Assembly: GCA_041652555.1 (NCBI GenBank) | Contig: JBAZHE010000002.1 | Location: 13,409-77,408 of the forward strand | Length of the DNA stretch: 64,000 nucleotides | Reading direction: 5' to 3' | Source of the DNA: Patescibacteria group bacterium | GTDB lineage: Bacteria; Patescibacteriota; Patescibacteriia; Patescibacteriales; WJLG01 | In this document: piece by piece, positions 10,299 to 21,925 of the stretch | Layout of the letters: the number at the start of each line of letters is the position of its first letter | Position numbering within the stretch: the first letter of the stretch is position 1 | Translations under genes and position numbers: made by a program | The notes under the pieces: generated by a model | Told to the model about the DNA's origin: nothing | Database searches by the model: none | The model's input: the letters and a program-made list of their open reading frames with translations, nothing else

Positions 10299-10478
10299 TT
10301 ATTCTTCTACAAAGATTGCCTCTACTGGACATTGATCAGCTGCACTTTTGGCGCATTCGGCATTTTCTTGGCTAATAACTTCGGATTTTCCCTCGGCATT
10401 TAAGCGAAAAGTGTCAGAACAAATTTCTGTGCACCGGCCGCAGCCGACGCACTTTTCTAGATCAACTCTGATGGTCAT
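10299..10478 (-). CDS. small single-cluster [4Fe-4S]/[3Fe-4S] ferredoxin (59 aa), absent from the supplied ORF track (below its length cut-off)
   Basis: Minus-strand translation MTIRVDLEKCVGCGRCTEICSDTFRLNAEGKSEVISQENAECAKSAADQCPVEAIFVEE; CxxCxxC...CP cysteine pattern. Confidence 0.6.
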   Translation of the reverse strand: MTIRVDLEKCVGCGRCTEICSDTFRLNAEGKSEVISQENAECAKSAADQCPVEAIFVEE

Positions 10479-10569
10479 GATGTTTTTTAATTTAAAAATT
10501 AATCTCTAATAAAATTATAGCATAAAGTTTATTAACAATGGAAGACCTTTTAAGAGAAAATTAAAAAGC

Positions 10570-10598
10570 TTGACAGATTTTTTTAATGTGTTAATATA
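10570..10598 (+). promoter_or_regulatory. candidate promoter for rplJ-rplL (TTGACA-16-TAATAT); a long leader follows
   Basis: TTGACA at 10570-10575, TAATAT about 16 nt downstream. The 160-nt leader before rplJ is a candidate L10(L12)4 autoregulatory leader (inference). Confidence 0.35.
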
Positions 10599-10728
10599 AG
10601 GTTATTCAATAAAAGCCATAGACAGTAGGCAAAAAATTAAGTCCTGCCGAGGCAAAAAAAACATTTTGTTTTTTATTTGCGTCTGTGGTTAAAAGCCAGA
10701 GATTTTTTTATTAATAAATTTTAATTGT

Positions 10729-10749
10729 CAATTGAAGATTGATAATTGA
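10729..10749 (+). repeat. copy 1 of 21-nt intergenic repeat CAATTGAAGATTGATAATTGA
   Basis: Identical 21-mer also at 44710-44730. Near-identical copies at 38472-38496 (reverse) and 44613-44632. Confidence 0.7.
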
Positions 10750-10763
10750 AAATTAAATAGTTT

Positions 10764-11291
10764 ATGCCTAAAACAAGAGCGCAAAAAAAGATAATTTTGG
10801 ACGAATTATCCCAAAAAATAAAAGACGCCAAGTCTATTATTTTTACTAAATTTGAAAAATTACCGGTTAAAGAAAATGAAGAGTTGCGCCGTCGCATCAA
10901 GGCTGAAGGCGGGGAGTATGTCGTTACCAAAAAGACTTTGTTAGATTTGACTTTAAAGAGTAACTCCTTGGCAGTTGATATGGATAGTCTAGATGGGAAA
11001 GTTGCCGCTGTTTTTGGTTATCAGGATGAAATTGCTCCAGCAAAAGTTATTGATACTTTTCGCAAAGGGTTGGAAGAAGAAAAGATTTTTTTCTTGGGTG
11101 GAATTTTGGATGGAAAATTTATTCCAGCCGAAATGGTGGAAAGTTTAGCCAAGCTTCCTTCCAAGCAGGAGCTTTTAGCTAGATTAGTTGGCTCTTTAAA
11201 TTCTCCTGTGTCGGGTTTTGTCAATGTTTTGGCTGGAAATTTGCGCGGTTTAGTTTGTTGCCTCAAGGCTATTAGTGAGAAGAAAGCTTAA
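10764..11291 (+). CDS. rplJ: 50S ribosomal protein L10
   Basis: MPKTRAQKKIILDELSQKIKDAKSIIFTKF typical L10 N-terminus. Followed by rplL. Confidence 0.9.
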   Translation: MPKTRAQKKIILDELSQKIKDAKSIIFTKFEKLPVKENEELRRRIKAEGGEYVVTKKTLLDLTLKSNSLAVDMDSLDGKVAAVFGYQDEIAPAKVIDTFRKGLEEEKIFFLGGILDGKFIPAEMVESLAKLPSKQELLARLVGSLNSPVSGFVNVLAGNLRGLVCCLKAISEKKA

Positions 11292-11341
11292 TAATTAATA
11301 GTTTAAATATAAATTGTTTCATGACTCATATTTAATGTTTC

Positions 11342-11758
11342 ATGATTAATAAAAATTTTATGGAAGAAGACAAAAAAATTGAAGTTCCGGCCAAATTTGA
11401 AAAATTGGTTGGAGAAATTGAAAAAATGAGTGTTCTAGATTTATCCGAATTGGTTAAAATCTTAGAAGAAAAATTCGGCGTGTCTGCCGCCGCTCCGGTT
11501 ATGGCTATGGCCGCCGGTGCCGTCGCTCCGGCCGAAGAAGCCAAAGATTCTTTTGATGTGGAGTTGACTGAAGCTGGTGCTAACAAGATTAATGTCATTA
11601 AGGCTGTTAGAATTATCAACCCGACATTAGGCTTAAAGGAAGCCAAAGATTTAGTTGACGGTGCTCCAAAAGTTGTCAAGGAAGGCGCGAAGAAAGAAGA
11701 AGCTGAATCTATTAAAAAAGCTTTAGAAACAGCTGGCGCGAAAGTTACTTTGAAATAA
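11342..11758 (+). CDS. rplL: 50S ribosomal protein L7/L12 (start may be the internal Met at 11360)
   Basis: Ala-rich hinge [19 protein letters not shown] and C-terminal domain [34 protein letters not shown]. Confidence 0.9.
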   Translation: MINKNFMEEDKKIEVPAKFEKLVGEIEKMSVLDLSELVKILEEKFGVSAAAPVMAMAAGAVAPAEEAKDSFDVELTEAGANKINVIKAVRIINPTLGLKEAKDLVDGAPKVVKEGAKKEEAESIKKALETAGAKVTLK

Positions 11759-11774
11759 TAGTAGTTTATAAAAA

Positions 11775-11808
11775 AGACATTGTCCGAAAGGGCAATGTCT
11801 TTTTTTAT
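11775..11808. terminator. bidirectional rho-independent terminator (rplL on +, the 753-aa ORF on -)
   Basis: Hairpin AGACATTGTCC-GAAA-GGGCAATGTCT flanked by A-run and T-run. Confidence 0.75.
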
Positions 11809-11816
11809 TTTATGCT

Positions 11817-14078
11817 TTATAAGATATCCATCTCATAAATCGTTGCGCCGGACAAGATATATATTTTTTTATTCGCTTCATTAGCCGAAAAATCTTTTAC
11901 ATTAGATAATTTGTCAAAAATATATTGATTTAATAATTTGCCGGTGGCGAAATCAAAAATCGCTAGCCGTTTTTTAGACGCTTCCAAAATATAGACTTTT
12001 CTTTCCCCGACGATTAAACGCGAAGCTTCTGTGATCGGCTCTTCTATCGGTAAATCAGGGAAATTTTCTTTTTGGCCTTTGAGATATTTTTCCACTTGTC
12101 CGTTTTGGCGCAAGATATAAATATCGCCATTGATGAAAATATTCGCAGCATTGGCTAAGTCAATCTTAGCGTTAAGCCAGGCTGTCTGTCCGGAAAAGCC
12201 GCCTTCGGCCAGATTGTAGCGATAAATCTGGCTGTTTTGTTTGTCTACTAAGTAAACTCGGCTATTATAAATTTGAAAACCGCCGATATTTTTTATTTCC
12301 GTCGGCAATGAAATGCTTAATTTTTCTGCTTGACTTTGAGCATTTAATTTAAGAATTCCGTCTGATCCGAGAGAATAAACATCCTCTTTCTCTATTGCTA
12401 AAAAGTCTAAACCGCCGATATTCGGCAAATCATAAGAGGCGGTAACGATATTTTCTTTTAAATCAACTTTATAAATCGTTGGTGAAGATTCGTCCGTGGC
12501 ATAAATAATATTGCTGGTTAAGACGAGTTGCTGTGGTGCTGCGGCCGTATTTAGTTTGGAAAAATCAGCTGTTATTTTTAAGTCAGCGGAAACGCGAGTG
12601 ATAAGTCTAATTTTTTCCGACAGCTCGGTTTGTTTTTTAGTAAAAGCAATGATTGTTTCACGGCTGGATTTTTCTTTTTCTGGTATTTGGTTCAGAATTT
12701 TTTGGTTTTCCAGCCACAAGGCCTGTGCGTCGACATTGTTGCCATAAAGCAAATCAGCCTCTATTTTATCATGATTTTTTCCGATAGTTGACACTTTTTC
12801 ATTAAAAGTTTTTAGGGCTGTCGCGTTTTTATTGCTCTGTTTGGTGATGGCGAGGCTGGCGGAAAGGACCACGGCAATTATAACTATTGCTAAAGCAGCG
12901 AATTTTATCTTGTTTCGGCTCCAGTATTTTTTCTCACCGGTCGATTCCTCCTCGTTTTCATAATTGGAAGTTTTCATGATTGCGGAAAAAAGCTTACCTA
13001 AACCGGAGAATATTTTTTTGAAAAAATCCAATATTTTTTCCGGGGAAGCGAAACTTGGGCGTCTTTTGAAAAAAACCTTATCTTTCAGCATAAAAGGAAT
13101 CTTTGTTTGGCGTCCAGTTAGCGTTCCAACCACCGGAAAAGCTTGATTTTTTTGTCCGGGTTTTTTGAATATTCCATCTAGCCGTTTTTTAAGATTAAAA
13201 AATCCGGACGGCGCTAAAACCGATTCGGTTTTTTCTTCAATAGATACTATCTCCGGTTTGTAATCAAATCTTTCTAGCTCTTTTTCCGTTTTCTTTTTTA
13301 AATCTTCCTCGTTCATTGTTGAAAAAGCGGTGTTTTTTACCAACACCCCCAGGAAAGAAACATAAGAATTCACTTGCTCCAAAGTGTTTTTTATCTGTTC
13401 CATGGCGGCCGCTGGTGGCAACTTAGTAGCGATTTTTATCAGTTGTTTAGGTGAGAGATACTCCGACATTGCTTCGTTAACCGTTAAAAAGTATCCGGCC
13501 GTCGGTATTTTCCCACCAGAAATCTCCGAAAATATTTTATTAATCGCGATGCCTTCCCCAGCTGGTTTTTCCTGGCTTAAATCAGTGGCGCGATATTCTA
13601 TTTTTTCCGTTTCCAGCAAAGCTTGTCCGCGTTTGGGCGGTAGAGGTTCTTTTTCTTTATAGATTAAATAATTTTTATTTTTTCCAACCGAAGATAAATA
13701 AAGTTCGTTTTGATAAAGGACACCGACAGTCATGTTTAGAGAGTAGGGGCTGGTTTTTATTTTTTCTCCTTCTAAAAATTCGGTAAAATCTTTATTGGTT
13801 TTGGCTAGAGCGCCTTCAAAAATGCTTTCCACGGTGATAGTCTCAATTTTTTCTTTCAAGATTATTTTTTCACTATCGTAATAATTGGAATTCAGGCAAC
13901 CGATCAAAAAATTAATTATTTTTAAGCCGTCATTTCTCGGCGATTCTATTTCCGCCAAAACAAAAAGCTTGCCGGCTAAGGCTTCTTTGTAGCCGTCGGG
14001 TTGGGCGATGAAAATGTCAGCGGCGGTATTCGGTTTCTGTCCGCTGTTTAAAATTAAAGAGGCGATTTTATAATGCAT
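11817..14078 (-). CDS. hypothetical single-pass membrane protein with a cytoplasmic N-terminal domain and an extracytoplasmic C-terminal beta-propeller-like repeat domain
   Basis: Central TM helix FAALAIVIIAVVLSASLAI. C-terminal repeated blades (IYKVDL, VYSLGSDGILKLN, VYLVDKQNSQIYRYNL, IYILRQNGQVEKY, VYILEASKKRLAIFDF, IYILSGATIYEMDIL). N-terminal domain unassigned. Confidence 0.5.
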   Translation of the reverse strand: MHYKIASLILNSGQKPNTAADIFIAQPDGYKEALAGKLFVLAEIESPRNDGLKIINFLIGCLNSNYYDSEKIILKEKIETITVESIFEGALAKTNKDFTEFLEGEKIKTSPYSLNMTVGVLYQNELYLSSVGKNKNYLIYKEKEPLPPKRGQALLETEKIEYRATDLSQEKPAGEGIAINKIFSEISGGKIPTAGYFLTVNEAMSEYLSPKQLIKIATKLPPAAAMEQIKNTLEQVNSYVSFLGVLVKNTAFSTMNEEDLKKKTEKELERFDYKPEIVSIEEKTESVLAPSGFFNLKKRLDGIFKKPGQKNQAFPVVGTLTGRQTKIPFMLKDKVFFKRRPSFASPEKILDFFKKIFSGLGKLFSAIMKTSNYENEEESTGEKKYWSRNKIKFAALAIVIIAVVLSASLAITKQSNKNATALKTFNEKVSTIGKNHDKIEADLLYGNNVDAQALWLENQKILNQIPEKEKSSRETIIAFTKKQTELSEKIRLITRVSADLKITADFSKLNTAAAPQQLVLTSNIIYATDESSPTIYKVDLKENIVTASYDLPNIGGLDFLAIEKEDVYSLGSDGILKLNAQSQAEKLSISLPTEIKNIGGFQIYNSRVYLVDKQNSQIYRYNLAEGGFSGQTAWLNAKIDLANAANIFINGDIYILRQNGQVEKYLKGQKENFPDLPIEEPITEASRLIVGERKVYILEASKKRLAIFDFATGKLLNQYIFDKLSNVKDFSANEANKKIYILSGATIYEMDIL

Positions 14079-14147
14079 GTTGAAAATTACAAATTAGCCG
14101 TTTTTGATTGACGGTAGGGATATTATTGATTATACTATAAATATATT

Positions 14148-14744
14148 ATGTTGGCAAAATTATTTGGTTCTAACGCCAGGGCTAAGATTATCAAGCAATT
14201 CTTCTTCCATCCGGAAGAGGGGTTTTATCTTAGGCAATTGGCGCGCGACTTGAGTTTGCAGGTTAATTCAGTGCGACGGGAATTGGATAACCTTTTAGAT
14301 CTCGGGCTTTTATCTGAGCAGGCTGTTGCGCCGGAAGAGGCTAAAATTGGGGCAGGGCAGGAAAAAAAATATTATTGTGTGAATAAGACTTTTCCACTGT
14401 TTGAAGACTTAAAGGCGTTGGTGGCTAAATCGCAAATTCTCTATAAAGACAATCTTGTCAAAAGTTTAAAAAAGTTGGGGAATATTAAACTCCTGGTTTT
14501 AACAGGCATTTTTGTTAATCAATTCTCTTCGCCAGTAGATATTTTTATTGTTGGCAAAGTTAATAAAGAGAAAATAATCAAGATAGTTAATGATTTAGAG
14601 AAAGAATTGGGGCGTGAAGTTAATTATACCATGATGGACGCCACTGAATTCAAATATCGCCGTGAAATTATGGATATTTTTGTTTATGACATTTTAGATG
14701 GCGAGAAAATCGTAGTAATTGACGAAATGAATATTTTGGGTTAA
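14148..14744 (+). CDS. winged-helix (ArsR/TrmB-like HTH) transcriptional regulator with an uncharacterised C-terminal domain
   Basis: N-terminal ARAKIIKQFFFHPEEGFYLRQLARDLSLQVNSVRRELDNLLDLGLL winged-helix pattern. Confidence 0.5.
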   Translation: MLAKLFGSNARAKIIKQFFFHPEEGFYLRQLARDLSLQVNSVRRELDNLLDLGLLSEQAVAPEEAKIGAGQEKKYYCVNKTFPLFEDLKALVAKSQILYKDNLVKSLKKLGNIKLLVLTGIFVNQFSSPVDIFIVGKVNKEKIIKIVNDLEKELGREVNYTMMDATEFKYRREIMDIFVYDILDGEKIVVIDEMNILG

Positions 14745-14770
14745 TAACAGCCTATTAAAAATTGGGTGCA

Positions 14771-14799
14771 TTGACCGGTTTAAAAATATTTGATAAAAT
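14771..14799 (+). promoter_or_regulatory. candidate atp operon promoter (TTGACC-17-TAAAAT)
   Basis: TTGACC at 14771-14776, 17-nt spacer, TAAAAT at 14794-14799. Confidence 0.45.
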
Positions 14800-14805
14800 A
14801 GTGTC

Positions 14806-14822
14806 TTGATACGAAATATCAA
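14806..14822. promoter_or_regulatory. perfect palindrome TTGATA-N5-TATCAA overlapping the predicted atp operon transcription start (candidate operator)
   Basis: TTGATACGAAATATCAA lies 7 nt downstream of the -10 element and directly downstream of the HTH regulator gene. Confidence 0.3.
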
Positions 14823-14839
14823 TCCGGGCCTTAAAAAAG

Positions 14840-15157
14840 GTGAAGGATTTATTTTTTTTCCAGAAAAATTTTATGGGAAATAAGGTCATAAAAAATAATA
14901 ATTTTAGAGCTTACGCTTTGGCTACTTCATTATATGGCGGAGTTTCTATTTTTGGCCCATTATTGGTATTAGCCGGTGGCGGTTATTTTTTAGATAAATA
15001 TTTTCAAACCGGCCGCCTTTTTTTGTTTATTGGAATAGGCCTAGCCTTTATTGTGACTAATGTTTTATTATATCGTCGAGCATTTTCTATTATGAAAGAA
15101 ATGGAAAAAGATTTACCGCCGAAACCGGAAGAAGAAGACGATTTTAAAGATTTTTAA
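14840..15157 (+). CDS. AtpZ/AtpI-like small membrane protein of the F-ATPase operon (GTG start in the track; the first ATG is at 14873)
   Basis: Two TM helices with a GGGY motif. Position immediately upstream of atpB. Confidence 0.5.
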   Translation: MKDLFFFQKNFMGNKVIKNNNFRAYALATSLYGGVSIFGPLLVLAGGGYFLDKYFQTGRLFLFIGIGLAFIVTNVLLYRRAFSIMKEMEKDLPPKPEEEDDFKDF

Positions 15158-15160
15158 ATT

Positions 15161-15958
15161 ATGGATATATCTTTGTCTCCGGAAATATTGTTTTATATAG
15201 GATTTTTTCCGGTTACCAATTCATTTTTATCGATGCTTGCTCTGAGTGCGGGGTTGGTGCTTTTTTCTTTGATCGGCGTTAAGCGTTTAAAAGATGTGCC
15301 ATCAAAAATTCAGAGTGTTGCCGAATTAGTGTTTGAAGGTTCTTGGAATTTTGCCTTATCAACTATTGGCGATGAGAAAAAGACTAGAAAGATTTTCCCT
15401 TACGTGTTTACAATATTTATTTTTGTTTTGTTGGCGAATTTATTGACTTTAATTCCAGGGCAGAGTGCCGTTTCTTATCAATCTGCTGGCGGTGCGGTGC
15501 CATTTTTTCGAGCTATAATGGCTGACTACGGCTTGGTTTTTATAATGACGATTACGTCGGTAATAATGATGCAAATAATAACAATCGCCGCTGTTGGACC
15601 CTTAGGCTATGCCGGGAAATTTATTAATATCAAGAATTTGGCCGGATTTTTTGTAAACCTATTTAAGGGTAAATTAAAATTTGGAATGCTAGCCCAAGGT
15701 TGTTTGGATGTTTTTCTTGGCTTTATGGATTTAATTGGCGAATTGGCTAAAGTGTTTTCCTTATCGTTTCGTTTGTTTGGTAATGTTTTTGCTGGTGAAG
15801 TTTTGGGAGCAGTAATGTTGTTTCTTTTGCCGTTTTTTGGGCCCGTGCCGTTTTTGTTCTTGGGATTATTGAGTTCCTGCGTTCAGGCTTTCGTGTTTGC
15901 GGTTTTAACCTTAGTTTTTGTAAATATGGCGAGCGAGGCTGGAATGCAATCAGAATAA
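15161..15958 (+). CDS. atpB: F0F1 ATP synthase subunit a
   Basis: Conserved LSFRLFGNVFAGEV segment with the essential Arg. Confidence 0.9.
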   Translation: MDISLSPEILFYIGFFPVTNSFLSMLALSAGLVLFSLIGVKRLKDVPSKIQSVAELVFEGSWNFALSTIGDEKKTRKIFPYVFTIFIFVLLANLLTLIPGQSAVSYQSAGGAVPFFRAIMADYGLVFIMTITSVIMMQIITIAAVGPLGYAGKFINIKNLAGFFVNLFKGKLKFGMLAQGCLDVFLGFMDLIGELAKVFSLSFRLFGNVFAGEVLGAVMLFLLPFFGPVPFLFLGLLSSCVQAFVFAVLTLVFVNMASEAGMQSE

Positions 15959-15988
15959 TAATTTAAATAAAATAATTATAAAAATTTT

Positions 15989-16216
15989 ATGGATTCAGAA
16001 GTTTTTAAATTGTTAGCTGCCGGACTTTGTATGGGTTTGGGAGCTATTGGACCTGGTGTCGGTGAAGGTTTCATCGGTGGCAAGGCTTTAGAAGCTATTG
16101 GACGCAACCCTGAAGTGGCTGGAAAAGTCACTCCATTGATGTTCGTTGCTATGGCGGTAACCGAATCAACCGGTATCTACTCTTTAGTTATCGCTTTGAT
16201 TATTCTTTTTAGCTAG
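15989..16216 (+). CDS. atpE: F0F1 ATP synthase subunit c
   Basis: Two-helix proteolipid (GAIGPGVGEG, ion-binding Glu in MAVTESTGIY). Confidence 0.9.
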   Translation: MDSEVFKLLAAGLCMGLGAIGPGVGEGFIGGKALEAIGRNPEVAGKVTPLMFVAMAVTESTGIYSLVIALIILFS

Positions 16217-16228
16217 AAAATAGAAAAA

Positions 16229-16275
16229 CCGTCTTTTGCATTTAAAAAGCAAGAGACGGAAATTTTATTTTTTAT
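16229..16275 (+). terminator. intra-operon hairpin plus T-run between atpE and atpF (partial terminator/attenuator)
   Basis: CCGTCTTTTGC ... GCAAGAGACGG stem followed by a T-rich tract. Confidence 0.5.
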
Positions 16276-16289
16276 TTTGAAGATATTAT

Positions 16290-16781
16290 ATGGGATTAAT
16301 AAAAGTTTTAGGTCTTGATTGGAAGGTTTTATTAGCACAATTTATAAATTTTGCTGTTTTACTTTTTGTGCTTTTCAAATTTGCCTATAAGCCGATGTTT
16401 AAGTTTTTGGATGATAGAAAAGATAAAATAGAAAAGGGGATAGAGAATGCCGCCCGCGCCGAAGATCGCCTTAAAGAAATTACCGAAAAGGAATTAGAAG
16501 TTTTGAAAAAAGCCAAGGTTGAAGCTGTGGAAATATTAAATAAAGCGCAACTTGAAGCAGAAGAAATTCGTAAGCGAGAATTAACAAAAACTCGCGAAGA
16601 AATAGGTAAAATAATCAATCAAGAAAAGGAAAATATGCGCCAAGAAAAAGCCGAAGTTCTGCGCGACATAAAAAGCGAAGTTTCAAAATTGGTTATATCG
16701 TCAGTGGAGAAAGTTTTAGAAGAAAAAATTGATAGCAAAAAAGATGAGGAGATAATTAAGAAAATGATAAAGGATAGATGA
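16290..16781 (+). CDS. atpF: F0F1 ATP synthase subunit b
   Basis: N-terminal TM helix then long charged coiled coil. Operon position. Confidence 0.85.
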   Translation: MGLIKVLGLDWKVLLAQFINFAVLLFVLFKFAYKPMFKFLDDRKDKIEKGIENAARAEDRLKEITEKELEVLKKAKVEAVEILNKAQLEAEEIRKRELTKTREEIGKIINQEKENMRQEKAEVLRDIKSEVSKLVISSVEKVLEEKIDSKKDEEIIKKMIKDR

Positions 16782-16803
16782 TAAATGATAAATTATTAGA
16801 ATT

Positions 16804-17202
16804 ATGAAGATAGCCCCTAAACAATATGCCACTGCTTTGTTGGAGTCTTTGGATGAAAATTCTGGTAAAAAAAAAGAGGTTGCGGCTCGGTTTGCCGAAT
16901 CTCTAATTGATGATGGCCAAATTTCTAAATTAAAAGAAATAATGGAGATTTTTGATGATTTGTGGAATAAGAAAAATGACTTAGTTAAGGCTGAAATAAT
17001 TTCTGCTAATTCTTTAAGTAAAGAAATGCAAAAATCTTTAAAAGATTTATTAACAAAAATTAGCGGAGGAAATAAAGTTGAAGTTACAGAAAAAATAGAT
17101 AAACACCTATTAGGCGGAACAATTTTGCGCTACGGCGACAGAATCCTTGATTTGAGTTTAAAAAATAAAATAGAAAAATTAAAAGAAGATTTAAATAGTT
17201 AG
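16804..17202 (+). CDS. atpH: F0F1 ATP synthase subunit delta (short form)
   Basis: C-terminal LLGGTILRYGDRILDLSLKNKIEKL OSCP-like motif. Operon position. Confidence 0.75.
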   Translation: MKIAPKQYATALLESLDENSGKKKEVAARFAESLIDDGQISKLKEIMEIFDDLWNKKNDLVKAEIISANSLSKEMQKSLKDLLTKISGGNKVEVTEKIDKHLLGGTILRYGDRILDLSLKNKIEKLKEDLNS

Positions 17203-17231
17203 AAGGGAAATAATTTATAATTTTAAAATAT

Positions 17232-18758
17232 ATGTCTAATACTAAGGATTTCGTGATTGAAGAGATAAAAAAGAAGATTGGGGAATTCCAGTCTAATCCA
17301 GAAGAAAAAAATTTCGGCCGTGTTCGTTCGGTTGGCGACGGTATTGCTCGCTTGTCCGGACTATCTGGCGCAATGATGTCAGAGATGTTGGAATTCAAAA
17401 CCTCTGACGGCTCTCGTTATGGTGTAGCTTTGAATTTAGAAGAAGACGGTGTTGGTGCTATTATTCTTGATGATTATCAAGCAATTAAAGAGGGTGATGA
17501 AGTTGTTTCCACTGGAAAAATTTTGGAAGTTCCTGTTTCTGATAAAATCGTTGGCCGTGTCTTGAATCCTTTAGGTCGCCCGATTGATGGTCGCGAAGCA
17601 GTTGTTGCTGACAAATACTATCCAGTAGAAAAAGTTGCTCCCGGTGTTATTACTCGTGAATCAGTTAAAAAGCCTTTACAAACCGGTATCAAGGCTATTG
17701 ATGCGATGATTCCAATTGGTCGTGGACAACGTGAATTGATTATTGGTGACCGCCAGATTGGTAAAACCGCTATTGCCATTGATGCTATTATTAATCAAAA
17801 AGGTCAGAATGTTAAATGTATTTATGTCGCCATTGGTCAAAAAGAATCCAAAATCGCCGGTATTGTTGCTAAATTAAAAGAAGCTGGAGCAATGGATTAT
17901 ACAACCCTAGTTGTAGCTGGTGCCTCTGATCCAGCCTCATTATTGTATATTGCTCCATTTGCCGGTTGTGCTATGGCTGAATATTTCCTAGATAAAGGCG
18001 AAGATGTTTTAATTGTTTATGATGATTTAACTAAACACGCCGCCGCTTACCGTGAAGTTTCTTTATTACTCCGAAGACCACCAGGTCGCGAAGCTTATCC
18101 TGGTGATGTATTCTACCTTCATTCTCGTTTATTGGAGCGCGCTTGTAAATTAAACAAAGATTTTGGTGGTGGCTCTATTACCGCTTTGCCAATTATTGAA
18201 ACCCAATCCGGCGACGTGTCTGCCTATATTCCAACCAATGTTATTTCTATTACTGACGGCCAGATTTATCTTGAACCAGATTTATTCTATCAAGGTAATC
18301 GCCCAGCCGTTAATGCCGGTATTTCAGTTTCTCGCGTAGGTTCTTCCGCGCAAATTAAAGCCATGAAAAAAGTTGCCGGAAAAATGCGCCTAGAAGTCGC
18401 CCAATATCGCGAACTAGCCGCTTTTGCTCAATTCGGCTCAGACCTTGATGAAGAAACAAGGAAAAAATTAGAACGCGGACAACGCATTGTAGAAATTCTA
18501 AAGCAAGGTCAGTATCAACCGATGCCAGTAGAGGAGCAGGTCGCAATATTTTTCGCCGTCACCAATGGCCTAATGGATAATGTCCCAGTAGAAAAAATAA
18601 CCGAATTTGAAAAGAAAGTTTTAGAAAATATCAGAAACACATCATTAGATGTTTTAAAAGAAATAAAAAAATCCGGCGAACTGTCGGACGAAACACAAGC
18701 TAAGTTGAAGAAAGTTGTAGAAGATTTTAAAGATACGTTAGAATATGTTTCAAAGTAA
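17232..18758 (+). CDS. atpA: F0F1 ATP synthase subunit alpha
   Basis: P-loop GDRQIGKT and strong full-length alpha-subunit similarity. Confidence 0.95.
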   Translation: MSNTKDFVIEEIKKKIGEFQSNPEEKNFGRVRSVGDGIARLSGLSGAMMSEMLEFKTSDGSRYGVALNLEEDGVGAIILDDYQAIKEGDEVVSTGKILEVPVSDKIVGRVLNPLGRPIDGREAVVADKYYPVEKVAPGVITRESVKKPLQTGIKAIDAMIPIGRGQRELIIGDRQIGKTAIAIDAIINQKGQNVKCIYVAIGQKESKIAGIVAKLKEAGAMDYTTLVVAGASDPASLLYIAPFAGCAMAEYFLDKGEDVLIVYDDLTKHAAAYREVSLLLRRPPGREAYPGDVFYLHSRLLERACKLNKDFGGGSITALPIIETQSGDVSAYIPTNVISITDGQIYLEPDLFYQGNRPAVNAGISVSRVGSSAQIKAMKKVAGKMRLEVAQYRELAAFAQFGSDLDEETRKKLERGQRIVEILKQGQYQPMPVEEQVAIFFAVTNGLMDNVPVEKITEFEKKVLENIRNTSLDVLKEIKKSGELSDETQAKLKKVVEDFKDTLEYVSK

Positions 18759-18786
18759 AGAGAAAAATTAGTATTACGACTAATGT

Positions 18787-21224
<2,438 letters not shown>

Positions 21225-21235
21225 TTTTTAAGAGT

Positions 21236-21661
21236 ATGGATAAATTTATTAAATTTGAAATAGTTACTCCGGAGCAGACGATTCTAAAAGAAGAAATTCT
21301 TGAGGCTACTATTCCGACGGCAGAAGGGGAGATAACTATTTTGCCAAAACATTCACCACTGATTTCTTTTTTGAAGCCAGGAGTTTTGTCGTTAAAGAAA
21401 AAAGATGGGTCGCAAGATGTAGTTTTTGTGGCTGGTGGATTTTTGGAAGTTTTAAAAAACAAAGCGGTTATCTTGGCTGATACGGCTGAGCGGGCGGAAA
21501 ATATTGATTTAGCTCAAGCTGAAGAGGCGAGAGCGAGAGCGGAAAAAAATATTAAGGATTTACGCCACGAGGATGCTGAACAGTTTGCTGCCATCAGTGC
21601 TCAATTGGAACATGAATTGGCCAAGACTCGCGCCGTAAAAAAATGGCGACATCTTAAATAA
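21236..21661 (+). CDS. atpC: F0F1 ATP synthase subunit epsilon
   Basis: Beta-sandwich N-terminal domain plus C-terminal helical hairpin. Operon position. Confidence 0.9.
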   Translation: MDKFIKFEIVTPEQTILKEEILEATIPTAEGEITILPKHSPLISFLKPGVLSLKKKDGSQDVVFVAGGFLEVLKNKAVILADTAERAENIDLAQAEEARARAEKNIKDLRHEDAEQFAAISAQLEHELAKTRAVKKWRHLK

Positions 21662-21672
21662 AAAACAACGGA

Positions 21673-21780
21673 GGTGCCATAGTCCCGATAGGGCTGTGGC
21701 ACCTAAAATGCAATCGTTATTTTTGAAATAATGTTTTGCAAATAGAGTGCCACAGTCCTGAGTACAGGAACTATGGCACC
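21673..21780. repeat. two related palindromic hairpins (GGTGCCAYAGTCC ... GGACTRTGGCACC) about 75 bp apart, downstream of atpC
   Basis: Hairpin 1 at 21673-21703 and hairpin 2 at 21747-21780 share nearly identical arms. Not followed by T-runs. Confidence 0.5.
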
Positions 21781-21810
21781 CCCAACGAGACAAAAATGTT
21801 TAATATTAAA

Positions 21811-21845
21811 CAAAAAATAGGCTCTTAAAAGCCTATTTTTTGTTT
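21811..21845 (+). terminator. rho-independent terminator of the atp operon
   Basis: ATAGGC-TCTTAAAA-GCCTAT stem-loop followed by TTTTTTGTTTTT. Confidence 0.7.
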
Positions 21846-21925
21846 TTAGACCCAGCCATTGACAAAAAATTTAAAATATGCTATCTTAATATGATTGCTA
21901 CAATATTATTATCCATTATTTTTTT

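Noticed and set aside
16775-16800. ATGATAAAT tandem motifs after the atpF and murF stops (also 39797-39827)
   Set aside because: Explained by tandem in-frame and out-of-frame stop codons (TGA TAA) in AT-rich intergenic DNA rather than a specific element.
21560-21793. 77-aa minus-strand ORF downstream of atpC
   Set aside because: Overlaps the atpC 3' end and the twin hairpins. Its Cys/Trp-rich translation derives from the GC-rich palindromes.
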